Assembly: GCF_000146505.1 (NCBI RefSeq)
Contig: NC_017448.1
Location: 3,510,001-3,542,000 of the forward strand
Direction: 5' to 3'
Length of the DNA stretch: 32,000 nt
Source of the DNA: Fibrobacter succinogenes subsp. succinogenes S85
GTDB lineage: Bacteria; Fibrobacterota; Fibrobacteria; Fibrobacterales; Fibrobacteraceae
Positions 18,111 through 26,369 of this stretch are shown here, in pieces (positions within the stretch are counted from its first letter, which is position 1; every line of letters begins with the position of its first letter). A program made the position numbers and the translations under genes. A model generated the notes under the pieces. That model had not been told where the DNA came from and made no database searches. It worked only from the letters and a program-made list of their open reading frames with translations.

Positions 18111-18169
18111 CTAACCACTAACCACTTCCTACTGTCTACTTCCTACTTCCGACTAAAAATTGTTATATT
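18111..18169 (+). promoter_or_regulatory. Seven phased heptamers (CTAACCA CTAACCA CTTCCTA CTGTCTA CTTCCTA CTTCCGA CTAAAAA) + TATATT box
   Basis: Read directly, and every unit starts with CT. TATATT lies at 18164-18169. A GAGGA SD and the ATG at 18196 follow. Confidence 0.45.
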
Positions 18170-18195
18170 CACGCACACATATTCATGAGGACTTT

Positions 18196-20277
18196 ATGAA
18201 AAAAGCTTTGCTTGTGTTTTGTTCTTTCTGCGCCCTTGTTCTTTCAGGGTGCAATTCCATTGGAGACAAGGATACTCTCGTTGCCAGGGTGAATGGCGAA
18301 CCGATTTTCAAAGAAGACTACGCCTTCATGATGCGTGTGGGGAACATCGTCCCAAATACGGAACAGATGAGAAAAGCCTCGAGTTCTTTGTTCAGCCGCA
18401 AGGCTCTTTATACGGTCGCTCTCCAGAAGAATCCTGAACTGAAGGAACAGCTCGAAGCCCACAACGTGGCTCTTGAAAACTACCTCCTTACATTCGTGTA
18501 CCAGCGCCTCTATACGATGGACCGCCTGATGTACACCGACGATGAACTTGCTTTCTATTACGACAAGCACCGCGACCAGTTTGCTGATTCGCTTTCCTAC
18601 ATGAATCTTCGCGACAAGGTTGCCGATGCCAAGTACATCGAATCCAACTATGATTCCTTGAAGTCCTATGCCTTCAAGCACAGGGACTTGTCCGATACGT
18701 CGCGTGAAGTCAAGATTACGTACGACATCAAGGAACGTTTTGTCTCGGACCATCGCCAACGGATTGTTCGTGAAACGGGACCGGCTCTCCTGAAAAAGTA
18801 CAACATTCAGGAAACTGAAATCCAGATGCCTTCTGCTGAAGCCTACTACGAAAAGCACAAGAACTTGTACATGACTCCGGGTGGCTTTGTTGTCTACCAT
18901 GTGGAATCTGCGGACTCCGCTAAACTTGCTAAGCGCTTTAAGGGCAAAAAGGTTGACCTCAAAGGTTTCATGAAGATTGCGTCCAAGTTTAGCGAAAACA
19001 AGGACACAAAGGCTGCTAAGGGCTTTGTCGGTAAGGTTGTTTATGGTCATCCGCTTCCGTATGGCATTGGCTTTGTCCCGAATATGTTTGTCGCTCTTGA
19101 CACCTTGAAGGATGGAGCTATTTCCTCGGTGATCAAGTCTGAATCTACGGGCCGTTATCATGTGTTCTACCGCGAGTCCGTTGTTCAGCCGGAACAGAAA
19201 CCGCTTGACCGCGTACGCAAGAGCATTGAACGTGATTTGGCAACAACCGCTAATTACGAACTTGATTCCAACTATGTGCTTGTTACGAAAAATGGCGAAC
19301 CCGCTATCCGTGAAAAGGATGTTCTTGCTGTATACGAAGATAATGGTATGATGGTCCGTTCCCGCAGAACTCATGACCAGGTCGTAAAATCCCTTGCTCT
19401 CCAGCTTGCTTTTGCTTCCGAAGCTCGCGAAGTCGGACTCGACCACACTTGGGAATATCGCGCCCTCAAGCGCCAGAGCGATGTCGACTACATCATCAAG
19501 ATGTACAGGATGAAGGTCCTTAACCACATCGTGGTTCCGGAAGATTCTCTCAAGGCCCTCTACGAACGTATGGGCAATCCGGCACACCCGACTTTGACGT
19601 ATGAACAGTCCCGTTCTGAGCTCAGCGACTGGTTTGAAATCCCTGAAAATCTCATGAAGAGAACGTATTACTACGCCGAAGAAGACTACCTCCCGAAAAC
19701 CTACGAAGAGTCTAAGAAGCAGGTGTTTGAAACGGCTTACCTGGTGTACCGTTCTGGCCGCTGGGACAAGGAAGTCGTGACTTCCTGGGGGACCGCTAAG
19801 GTGGATCTCTTTGCAGATAACATAACGCTTTTGCCGCAGGAATGGTCTGTGGAATTTGCCATGAAGTCTGCTGATTCTCTTTATACGCAGGCGAAGAGCC
19901 TCGAAAAAGCTTACCTTGCATGGTCTGGAATTCGCGAACGCTATGTGGATATTGATTCCGTTGCCAAAAAGGCTACATTTGAACTCGCGCACGTTTACAG
20001 CGATCAGGAAGAATTTGACAAGGCCCAGCGTGAATACAGGGCTTTCTACCGCACGTGGCCGGATTCTCCGGATGCTGAAAAGGCCATGTTCAGCCGTGGC
20101 TTCATCCTGAACGAAAACCTGCACAAGGATGCTGAAGCGCTCAAGGTCTTTGAAGAATTCAAGAAGCTTTACCCGAAGAGCGAACTCAACGAATCTGTCG
20201 ATTGGCTTGTCCAGAACATCAAGAGCAACGGCAAACTCGCCGATGAACTTATGAAGAAAATCGAAGCGGAAGAGTAA
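18196..20277 (+). CDS. Lipoprotein peptidyl-prolyl isomerase of the SurA/PpiD type with a C-terminal TPR (YbgF-like) region
   Basis: MKKALLVFCSFCALVLSGC is a signal peptide plus lipobox. A SurA-N-like start follows (LVARVNGEPIFKEDY). A parvulin-like segment lies near aa 230-340. The C-terminus has TPR-like repeats (YSDQEEFDKAQREYRAFYRTWPDSPDAEKAMFSRGF...ALKVFEEFKKLYPKS). The track start at 18160 is upstream of the SD. Confidence 0.65.
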   Translation: MKKALLVFCSFCALVLSGCNSIGDKDTLVARVNGEPIFKEDYAFMMRVGNIVPNTEQMRKASSSLFSRKALYTVALQKNPELKEQLEAHNVALENYLLTFVYQRLYTMDRLMYTDDELAFYYDKHRDQFADSLSYMNLRDKVADAKYIESNYDSLKSYAFKHRDLSDTSREVKITYDIKERFVSDHRQRIVRETGPALLKKYNIQETEIQMPSAEAYYEKHKNLYMTPGGFVVYHVESADSAKLAKRFKGKKVDLKGFMKIASKFSENKDTKAAKGFVGKVVYGHPLPYGIGFVPNMFVALDTLKDGAISSVIKSESTGRYHVFYRESVVQPEQKPLDRVRKSIERDLATTANYELDSNYVLVTKNGEPAIREKDVLAVYEDNGMMVRSRRTHDQVVKSLALQLAFASEAREVGLDHTWEYRALKRQSDVDYIIKMYRMKVLNHIVVPEDSLKALYERMGNPAHPTLTYEQSRSELSDWFEIPENLMKRTYYYAEEDYLPKTYEESKKQVFETAYLVYRSGRWDKEVVTSWGTAKVDLFADNITLLPQEWSVEFAMKSADSLYTQAKSLEKAYLAWSGIRERYVDIDSVAKKATFELAHVYSDQEEFDKAQREYRAFYRTWPDSPDAEKAMFSRGFILNENLHKDAEALKVFEEFKKLYPKSELNESVDWLVQNIKSNGKLADELMKKIEAEE

Positions 20278-20320
20278 GACGAAAGAACGGCGCAGAGCGC
20301 CTACAGACGAAAGACGAGAG
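20278..20320. repeat. 3-prime intergenic element: GACGAAAG - GGCGC-AGA-GCGCC hairpin - CTACAGACGAAAGACGAGAG
   Basis: It starts right at the stop codon. The architecture and the 20-mer (18/20 identical) recur at 24535-24583. Confidence 0.65.
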
Positions 20321-20405
20321 ATTAAATAATGTCGCTTCGCGATAATATTTATGAGATTCTTTTAAGCTCAAGTCTAAAAGCAAGTTTTTCTCTCGTCCCT
20401 CGTCT
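20305..20405. repeat. Imperfect 17-nt inverted repeat (AGACGAAAGACGAGAGA / TCTCTCGTCCCTCGTCT) enclosing about 67 nt
   Basis: The arms lie at 20305-20321 and 20389-20405, with 15/17 complementary positions. It could act as a long-stem terminator or insulator between the PPIase gene and ndk. Confidence 0.5.
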
Positions 20406-20419
20406 AAAACCAACACATT

Positions 20420-20462
20420 CTTTCGTCTTTCGTCTTTCGTCTTTCGTCTAAAATCTTATATT
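20420..20462 (+). promoter_or_regulatory. CTTTCGT x4 heptamer array + CTAAAAT + TATATT box upstream of ndk
   Basis: The heptamer array has the same sequence as 10452-10479. TATATT lies at 20457-20462 and the ATG at 20493. A second short array (CTCTCGT CCCTCGT CTAAAAC) lies at 20390-20410. Confidence 0.45.
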
Positions 20463-20492
20463 TTTCACAACTTTCAAAAAAAAGGTACTACT

Positions 20493-20945
20493 ATGGAAAT
20501 GACATTTGCAATGATCAAGCCGAACGCAGTCAAGTCTGGCTTGGTTGGTCGTATTATTGATCGCTACATCAGTGCCGGTCTCTCTGTCTGCGCCGTCAAG
20601 ATGCACCAGATGACCTCCGAAGATGCTCGCGGTTTTTACGCTGAACACGTCGAAAAGCCGTTCTTCCCGGAACTCGAAGCCTACATGACCAAGGGTCCGT
20701 CCGTGATGCTTGCTCTCGGTGGCGAAAACGCAATTGCAAAGGTCCGCGCCATTAACGGTGCTACCAATCCGGCTAAGGCGGAACCGGGTACCCTCCGCTA
20801 CGATTTTGCTCCTTCCATGACCGAAAACGTCGTTCACAGCTCCGATAGTCCGGCTTCTGCAGAACGCGAACTCGACTTCTGGTTCAAGAAGGAAGAACGC
20901 TACGCTTACGAAATGCCTTCTCTCAAGGCCTGCTGCGTCCTCTAA
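20493..20945 (+). CDS. ndk: Nucleoside diphosphate kinase
   Basis: TFAMIKPNAV...GRII...; NVVHSSDS contains the catalytic His. About 15 extra C-terminal residues are present. Confidence 0.95.
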   Translation: MEMTFAMIKPNAVKSGLVGRIIDRYISAGLSVCAVKMHQMTSEDARGFYAEHVEKPFFPELEAYMTKGPSVMLALGGENAIAKVRAINGATNPAKAEPGTLRYDFAPSMTENVVHSSDSPASAERELDFWFKKEERYAYEMPSLKACCVL

Positions 20946-20985
20946 TTTTTAACAATAAAACAATCCTTCTAAGGAGTAGACTCAA

Positions 20986-21831
20986 ATGCAATGGATCATC
21001 AAGTATCTTACCTCGTCCATTGGTAAGAAGCAGATCATGGGATGCACAGGCGCCTTCTTGGCTCTGTTCATCTTTGGCCACATGTGTGGTAACTTCCAGC
21101 TCTTGAACTTCGACCAGGCTGCGGCACAGGCGTCCTACAACGCTTATACCGAATTCCTGACCGGATTCAACCCGCTCCACTTCCCGGTGAAGATGATTTA
21201 CCTCGTCGAACTGGTACTCGTGGCTGCCTTTGCCATTCACATCTTCCTCGCTGTTACGCTGAAGATTGAAAACAAGAAGGCTCGTGGCGGAATTGAATAC
21301 GAAGTCAATGCACGCAAGGGCAAGAAGACTTTCGCAACCTTCACCATGATCTGGTCTGGTCTCTTCATTGTTGGCTTCCTCATCCAGCACCTCATGATGC
21401 TCAAGTTCGGCGAACACTACCTCTATGTGAACGACAAGGGCGAAATCATCCGCGACATGTGGCTCACCACGATCCAGATGTTTGCAAATCCTGGCTGGGC
21501 TGCATTCTATGTTGTTAGCATGTTCGTCATCGGCATGCACCTCTTCCACGCCATCTCCTCTGCATTCCAGACGATGGGTATCGCTCACCAGAAGTGGACC
21601 CCGATTATCGATATCGCCGGTATCGTTTATAGCGTCGTCGTGGCACTTGGCTTCGGCATCACCGCTGTTGCCTCTTACTACCTCGCTAACCAGCCTGAAA
21701 CCCAGGCTCTTATCGAAAAGTCCCGTAGCCTCCAGCAGCAGTACGAACAGCAGAAGGCCAAGGCCGACAAGGCTGCTTTCGTCATCCCGTCTGTTGGCGA
21801 AGTACAAGTTTCTTTCAATATTGAAAAGTAA
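20986..21831 (+). CDS. sdhC: Succinate dehydrogenase/fumarate reductase cytochrome b subunit (b558 family)
   Basis: It is the first gene of a CAB operon and has an AAGGAG SD. It shows about five hydrophobic helices with conserved His residues ([25 protein letters not shown]). A hydrophilic Q/K-rich C-terminal tail of about 50 aa follows. Confidence 0.85.
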   Translation: MQWIIKYLTSSIGKKQIMGCTGAFLALFIFGHMCGNFQLLNFDQAAAQASYNAYTEFLTGFNPLHFPVKMIYLVELVLVAAFAIHIFLAVTLKIENKKARGGIEYEVNARKGKKTFATFTMIWSGLFIVGFLIQHLMMLKFGEHYLYVNDKGEIIRDMWLTTIQMFANPGWAAFYVVSMFVIGMHLFHAISSAFQTMGIAHQKWTPIIDIAGIVYSVVVALGFGITAVASYYLANQPETQALIEKSRSLQQQYEQQKAKADKAAFVIPSVGEVQVSFNIEK

Positions 21832-21842
21832 GGAGCCCACTA

Positions 21843-23756
21843 ATGATTCTTGATTCTAAAATCCCCGGTGGTTCCATCGAAGAAAAGTGGACCAAGCACA
21901 AGTTCGAACTCAAACTCGTGAACCCGGCCAACAAGCGCAAGTTCACGGTCATCGTCGTGGGTACTGGCCTTGCAGGTGCTTCTGCTGCCGCATCCCTCGG
22001 TGAACTTGGTTACAACGTAAAGTCTTTCTGCATTCAGGATAGCCCGCGCCGTGCCCATTCCATTGCTGCACAGGGCGGTATCAACGCAGCAAAGAACTAC
22101 AAAAACGATGGCGACTCCGTTTATCGTTTGTTCTACGATACCGTTAAGGGTGGTGACTTCCGTGCTCGCGAAGCCAACGTGCACCGCTTGGCCGAAAACT
22201 CCAACTTGATCATCGACCAGTGCGTCGCTCAGGGCGTTCCCTTCGGTCGTGAATACGGTGGCCTTTTGGACAACCGCTCTTTCGGCGGTACGCAGGTTTC
22301 CCGTACGTTCTACGCTCGTGGTCAGACGGGTCAGCAGCTCCTCCTCGGTGCATACCAGGCTCTCATGCGCCAGGTTGCTGCCGGTAAGGTCAAGATGTTC
22401 CCGCGTCGCGAAATGATGGACCTCGTCGTGATCGACGGCAAGGCTCGCGGTATCATCGTCCGTAACCTCATCACTGGCGAACTCGAAAGCCACGTTGCAG
22501 ACGCTGTCTGCCTTTGCACTGGTGGTTATGGTAACGTCTACTACCTCTCCACGAACGCTCAGGGCTCCAACGTCACGGCTGCATTCCGTGCTTACAAGCG
22601 CGGTGCTCTCTTTGCAAACCCGTGCTATACGCAGATCCACCCGACCTGCATTCCGCGCCATGGCGACCTTCAGTCCAAGCTCACCTTGATGAGTGAATCC
22701 CTCCGTAACGACGGTCGTATTTGGGTTCCGCGCAAGGCTGGCGACACCCGTTCTCCGGACCAGATCCCGGAAGAAGAACGTTACTACTACCTCGAAGAAA
22801 AGTACCCGAGCTTCGGTAACCTCGTCCCGCGTGACGTGGCTTCCCGTAACGCCAAGCAGGTCTGCGACGCAGGTCTCGGCGTGGGTAACACCAAGCAGGC
22901 TGTGTACCTCGACTTCGCCGACGCTATCCAGCGTATGGGCGTTGCAGGTGTCTCTGCCAAGTACGGCAACCTCTTCCAGATGTACGAAAAGATCACAGAC
23001 GAAGACCCGTACAAGGTCCCGATGCGCATCTTCCCGGCTATCCACTACACCATGGGTGGTCTCTGGGTTGACTATGATTTGATGTCCACTATCCCGGGCT
23101 GCTTCGTTCTCGGTGAAGCAAACTTCTCCGACCACGGTGCAAACCGCCTCGGTGCATCTGCTCTTATGCAGGGCCTCTCCGACGGTTACTTCGTGATTCC
23201 GTTCACCATCGGTGGCTATTTCGCAGGTACCAAGCTCGAAAAGGTCTCTGAATCCGATGCCGCCTTCGAAGACTGCAAGAAGCAGACCGAAGAACGCATC
23301 CACAAGCTCCTCTCCATCAAGGGTCACCGCACTGTTAACGATATCCATCGTGAACTCGGTAACATCATGTGGGAATACGTTGGCATGGCTCGTAACGAAG
23401 CCGGCCTCAAGACGGCTCTCGAAAAGATTCCGGCACTCCGCCAGGAATTCTGGGAAAACGTCAACGTGCTCGGCTCCGAAGGTTCCTTCAACCAGAACCT
23501 CGAACGTGCTGGCCGCGTTGCTGACTTCCTCGAATTCGCCGAAGTCCTCACTCTCGACGCTCTCCATCGTAAAGAATCTTGCGGTGGCCACTTCCGTGAA
23601 GAAAGCCAGACTCCGGAAGGCGAAGCAAAGCGCGATGATGAAAACTTCTGCTACGTCGGTGCTTGGGAATACAAGGGCGACGGTATCGCACCGGAACTCT
23701 CCAAGGAACCTCTTACTTTTGATAACGTCCACCTTGCTACTAGGAGCTACAAATAA
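21843..23756 (+). CDS. sdhA: Succinate dehydrogenase/fumarate reductase flavoprotein subunit
   Basis: It has an FAD-binding fold ([14 protein letters not shown]), the covalent-FAD His context ([14 protein letters not shown]) and [10 protein letters not shown]. 637 aa. Confidence 0.95.
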   Translation: MILDSKIPGGSIEEKWTKHKFELKLVNPANKRKFTVIVVGTGLAGASAAASLGELGYNVKSFCIQDSPRRAHSIAAQGGINAAKNYKNDGDSVYRLFYDTVKGGDFRAREANVHRLAENSNLIIDQCVAQGVPFGREYGGLLDNRSFGGTQVSRTFYARGQTGQQLLLGAYQALMRQVAAGKVKMFPRREMMDLVVIDGKARGIIVRNLITGELESHVADAVCLCTGGYGNVYYLSTNAQGSNVTAAFRAYKRGALFANPCYTQIHPTCIPRHGDLQSKLTLMSESLRNDGRIWVPRKAGDTRSPDQIPEEERYYYLEEKYPSFGNLVPRDVASRNAKQVCDAGLGVGNTKQAVYLDFADAIQRMGVAGVSAKYGNLFQMYEKITDEDPYKVPMRIFPAIHYTMGGLWVDYDLMSTIPGCFVLGEANFSDHGANRLGASALMQGLSDGYFVIPFTIGGYFAGTKLEKVSESDAAFEDCKKQTEERIHKLLSIKGHRTVNDIHRELGNIMWEYVGMARNEAGLKTALEKIPALRQEFWENVNVLGSEGSFNQNLERAGRVADFLEFAEVLTLDALHRKESCGGHFREESQTPEGEAKRDDENFCYVGAWEYKGDGIAPELSKEPLTFDNVHLATRSYK

Positions 23757-24532
23757 TGAGCGGACTGAATTTGACTTTGAAGATTTGGCGTCAGAAGGAT
23801 GCCAAGACCAAGGGACAGTTCGAAACTGTCAAGATCAACGATGTTTCTCCGGACATGTCCTTCTTGGAAATGCTCGACATTGTGAACGAAGAACAGATGA
23901 AGCAGGGCAAGGAAGGCTTCGCTTTCGACCACGACTGCCGCGAAGGTATCTGTGGTATGTGCTCTCTCGTCATCAACGGTATGCCGCACGGTCCTGACCA
24001 TGCAACGACTACCTGCCAGCTTCACATGCGTAAGTTCAAGGATGGCGACACCATCGTGATCGAACCGTGGCGCGCTGCCGCATTCCCGGTTATCCGTGAC
24101 TGCGCTGTCGACCGTACCGCTTTCGACCGCATCATTCAGGCTGGCGGCTTCGTTTCCGTCAACACCGGTGCTGCTCCTGAAGCATCCACGATTCCGGTTC
24201 CGAAGGCCGATGCCGACCGCGCATTCGACGCTGCCGCTTGCATTGGTTGCGGTGCTTGCGTCGCTGCATGTAAGAACGCCTCTGCTATGCTCTTCGTCTC
24301 TGCTAAGGTTTCTCACCTCAGCTTCTTGCCGCAGGGCAAGGTCGAAGCAAAGAAGCGCGTGCTCGCCATGGTCGCTCAGATGGACAAGGAAGGCTTCGGC
24401 AACTGCACGAACCTTTACGAATGCCAGGCCGCATGCCCGAAGGGTATCACCGTGGATTACATCGCCAAGATGAACCGCGAATACCTCGGCGCAACAGTCA
24501 CCTATGCCGAAAAGGTGTACGGAAAGGACTAA
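23756..24532 (+). CDS. sdhB: Succinate dehydrogenase/fumarate reductase iron-sulfur subunit
   Basis: Three Cys clusters are present: [21 protein letters not shown] and CQAACPKGI. There is a 1-nt TAATG overlap with sdhA. Confidence 0.95.
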   Translation: MSGLNLTLKIWRQKDAKTKGQFETVKINDVSPDMSFLEMLDIVNEEQMKQGKEGFAFDHDCREGICGMCSLVINGMPHGPDHATTTCQLHMRKFKDGDTIVIEPWRAAAFPVIRDCAVDRTAFDRIIQAGGFVSVNTGAAPEASTIPVPKADADRAFDAAACIGCGACVAACKNASAMLFVSAKVSHLSFLPQGKVEAKKRVLAMVAQMDKEGFGNCTNLYECQAACPKGITVDYIAKMNREYLGATVTYAEKVYGKD

Positions 24533-24534
24533 TT

Positions 24535-24583
24535 AGACGAAAGGACGCTTCGCCTTCGGCTCGCTACAGACGAGAGACGAAAG
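24535..24583. repeat. 3-prime intergenic element: AGACGAAAG - GC-rich core - CTACAGACGAGAGACGAAAG
   Basis: Partner of 20278-20320. It lies 2 nt after the sdhB stop. Confidence 0.65.
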
Positions 24584-24648
24584 AAGCGTTACAACGTCAT
24601 TGCGAACCCCGAATAGGGGTGAAGCAATCTCAATTCAGCATTATAAAA

Positions 24649-24675
24649 GGGACCGCAGCGATGCGGCCCTTTTTG
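24649..24675. terminator. Bidirectional rho-independent terminator (ends the sdh operon on + and the island cassette on -)
   Basis: GGG(A)CCGCA / GCGA tetraloop / TGCGGCCC. TTTTT follows on the + strand. AAAA lies immediately upstream, giving TTTTAT on the - strand. A second hairpin, GGGGGA-GGAA-TCCCCC, lies at 24684-24699. Confidence 0.75.
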
Positions 24676-24731
24676 CGTATGGTGGGGGAGGAATCCCCCT
24701 GGCTTTTGGCCTGATAAATCCTTTCCACAAA

Positions 24732-25388
24732 TTATGTGTGATGTTCCTTATCCCAATTGTCAAACCGCAAAAATCGCGGTTCATAGGGAAAATCGCAAAA
24801 CACATCCTTTGGCATAGAACCGTAAACGACTACAATTTGCGGATGCAACACCTTCAGCATTTCTACAACGCCCAAATGCATCAGTCGTTTTTCATCTTGA
24901 GTTTGACAACATCCATAAGTCCCGATTGAAACGATTGAGTTATGCGGAATGCCGATAAAAGCTACTGCTTCCGGTAATTCTACAGTTGTAAATGTCCTTT
25001 CGTCGCCCCATCGCACATTCGGAATCTGATAGACTCCGCTGTGTTGCAGAAAACTTGCGTTGCGCCGAGATATGAATAGGTTTGCAATCTGTGCGCAAAG
25101 AGGAGCTTCTACTAGAATAGAATTATCGGGAGATGTAATTCCCGGATGCTCTAAAAGATCTTTGATATACTTTTCAGGATGGTTGGTGAAATCCTGATAA
25201 TGAGCCTCGTGTTCATAGAAGTGTACGAATCGATCCCTAGCCTTCTGCCGCTTGGAAAAGGGTACAAGTCCTGCGGGCTCGACAATTTGTTCCAATGGCT
25301 CTAATTGCGGAATTTCAAAGATTCCATCGTAAAAAGAGCGTTCCAGCAATTCTGGACGCAATCCGTCGTCAAAGGCGTTTATGCGCAT
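24732..25388 (-). CDS. DUF4417-like protein (function unknown)
   Basis: 218 aa with an AAGAGGA SD. The pattern RFVHFYEHEAHYQDF...ITSPDNSILVEAPLCAQIANLFISRRNASFLQHSGVYQIPNVRWGDERTF...GIPHNSIVSIGTYG matches my memory of the DUF4417 consensus (hFY.dD..F....PDFS......P...Q..N.yR.r..g...Q..G..VIP.v.W). Not verified by search. Confidence 0.45.
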   Translation of the reverse strand: MRINAFDDGLRPELLERSFYDGIFEIPQLEPLEQIVEPAGLVPFSKRQKARDRFVHFYEHEAHYQDFTNHPEKYIKDLLEHPGITSPDNSILVEAPLCAQIANLFISRRNASFLQHSGVYQIPNVRWGDERTFTTVELPEAVAFIGIPHNSIVSIGTYGCCQTQDEKRLMHLGVVEMLKVLHPQIVVVYGSMPKDVFCDFPYEPRFLRFDNWDKEHHT

Positions 25389-25451
25389 ATTTATTCCTCT
25401 TTTGAAGATTTTACTTGTTTTTGTGGAATAGATATGCTAAATTAATACCTA

Positions 25452-25476
25452 CGTTAGTTGTTAACTAGGATTTGCT
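25452..25476 (-). promoter_or_regulatory. Operator-like 25-mer containing the TAGTT-GTT-AACTA inverted repeat, upstream of the DUF4417-like gene
   Basis: CGTTAGTTGTTAACTAGGATTTGCT is 22/25 identical to 26463-26487. It lies 64-88 nt upstream of the ATG at 25388. Confidence 0.4.
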
Positions 25477-25540
25477 TTAGCATATCTGGGAATGGACTTG
25501 AATAAGATTGTTCGCTGCAACTTGTTCGAGTCCTTTCTTT

Positions 25541-25873
25541 TTAACCCATTGCTTGTTCGGCAGATTCAATATCAATCTCAATCGATTTTTTGATATCCTC
25601 CGGCATTTTGTCATGGATTCTGTGTATCGCCTCGATGAATTCCTTGGATTGAGTTTTAGTTGCGATTTCATCAAACATTTCGCTAATCCAGTAGATATCA
25701 TCAGGACTGCATTCGTTTTCAAGGAACGAGAGTCCTTCCTGCAGGTTATCCGTAATCATTGCAAGGATTTTTTCGTGGCATTGTTCAATGCCGTAATCCC
25801 AGTTGTCCATCGTTTCATCCGCGATTCTTTTGCGTTCAACAATGATTTTGTTGAATTCATTCTTGTCTATCAT
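25541..25873 (-). CDS. Small acidic helical protein, candidate cognate immunity/antitoxin for the upstream RNase
   Basis: ATG at 25873 is preceded by AGGAG-taaaaaaa, and the SD overlaps the stop codon of the upstream gene (10-nt gap). It is 110 aa, rich in D/E, with no recognisable motif. The track start at 25927 lies inside the upstream gene. Confidence 0.5.
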   Translation of the reverse strand: MIDKNEFNKIIVERKRIADETMDNWDYGIEQCHEKILAMITDNLQEGLSFLENECSPDDIYWISEMFDEIATKTQSKEFIEAIHRIHDKMPEDIKKSIEIDIESAEQAMG

Positions 25874-25883
25874 TTTTTTACTC

Positions 25884-26351
25884 CTATGGTTGAATTTTGT
25901 CAGGGAACACAGTTCCGATTTGCCCATTTGTTTTGATTACACCTACACGAACGCCCTTGAAAGTCCCGTACATAATCCTTCCATCCGGGAAATTACGGTT
26001 CCTGTGTAACTGGGCTACATGTTCTCCAGCCCGTTTAATAGTTTTTTCACTCCATGACGTAGGAAACCAAGATTGGTTTATCCCCGTACGTTTCGCTCTT
26101 GTCGAATGCAAAGGGATGTTCCCGACACGAACACCATTGGAATACACCTTCACAATATTATATGGAATGCCATATTTATCAAGAAGGTCCATTCCCTTTT
26201 GTCCGTGACCACCACTCATCAGCTTTAATGGGTCGGTTGGTCTTTGCGGCCTTGTGAATTTTCCCTCCGATGAATGAACCAGTGAAAACTGGCTCATGGT
26301 TCTGGCGCTACCTTTCGTATTCATATAGCGCCCTGGTTTACTGGTTCCCAT
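25884..26351 (-). CDS. Stand-alone bacterial EndoU-like ribonuclease toxin domain protein
   Basis: ATG at 26351 follows an AAGGGG SD, whereas the track start at 26378 is TTG with no SD. The pattern SGGHGQ...NGVRVGNIPLHSTRAKRTG...SWFPTSWSEKTIKRAGEHV...GTFKGVRVGVIKTNGQIGTVFP fits the His...His..Lys plus (T/S)xFPxxWS layout I recall for Pfam EndoU_bacteria. No N-terminal delivery or secretion domain is present. Confidence 0.5.
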   Translation of the reverse strand: MGTSKPGRYMNTKGSARTMSQFSLVHSSEGKFTRPQRPTDPLKLMSGGHGQKGMDLLDKYGIPYNIVKVYSNGVRVGNIPLHSTRAKRTGINQSWFPTSWSEKTIKRAGEHVAQLHRNRNFPDGRIMYGTFKGVRVGVIKTNGQIGTVFPDKIQP

Positions 26352-26369
26352 ATTGTACCCCTTTTGCAG

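Noticed and set aside
18244-20124. 626-aa ORF antisense to the PPIase/TPR gene
   Set aside because: It is a shadow ORF of a gene with a clear lipoprotein start and domain logic. The antisense product has no recognisable features.
2067-20462. Possibility that the short tandem arrays are CRISPR or other spaced repeats
   Set aside because: The units are 7 nt and contiguous, with no spacers. The arrays are only 20-50 nt long, and no cas genes are present. They are not CRISPR.
20931-20945. CaaX-like CCVL end of Ndk
   Set aside because: Prenylation boxes are a eukaryotic feature, so this is almost certainly coincidental. It is noted only as part of the C-terminal extension.
20923-24316. Long antisense ORFs (20923-21840, 21840-23732, 23747-24316) and the alternative-frame ORF 23212-23997 across sdhCAB
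   Set aside because: The plus-strand genes carry textbook FAD and Fe-S motifs. The antisense and off-frame products are compositional artefacts of GC-rich third positions.
24533-24731. tRNA/tmRNA gene or att site at the island junction
   Set aside because: The hairpins here are GC stems with tetraloops followed by T-runs, so they are terminators. There is no cloverleaf arrangement or T-loop (GTTCRANYC) consensus.
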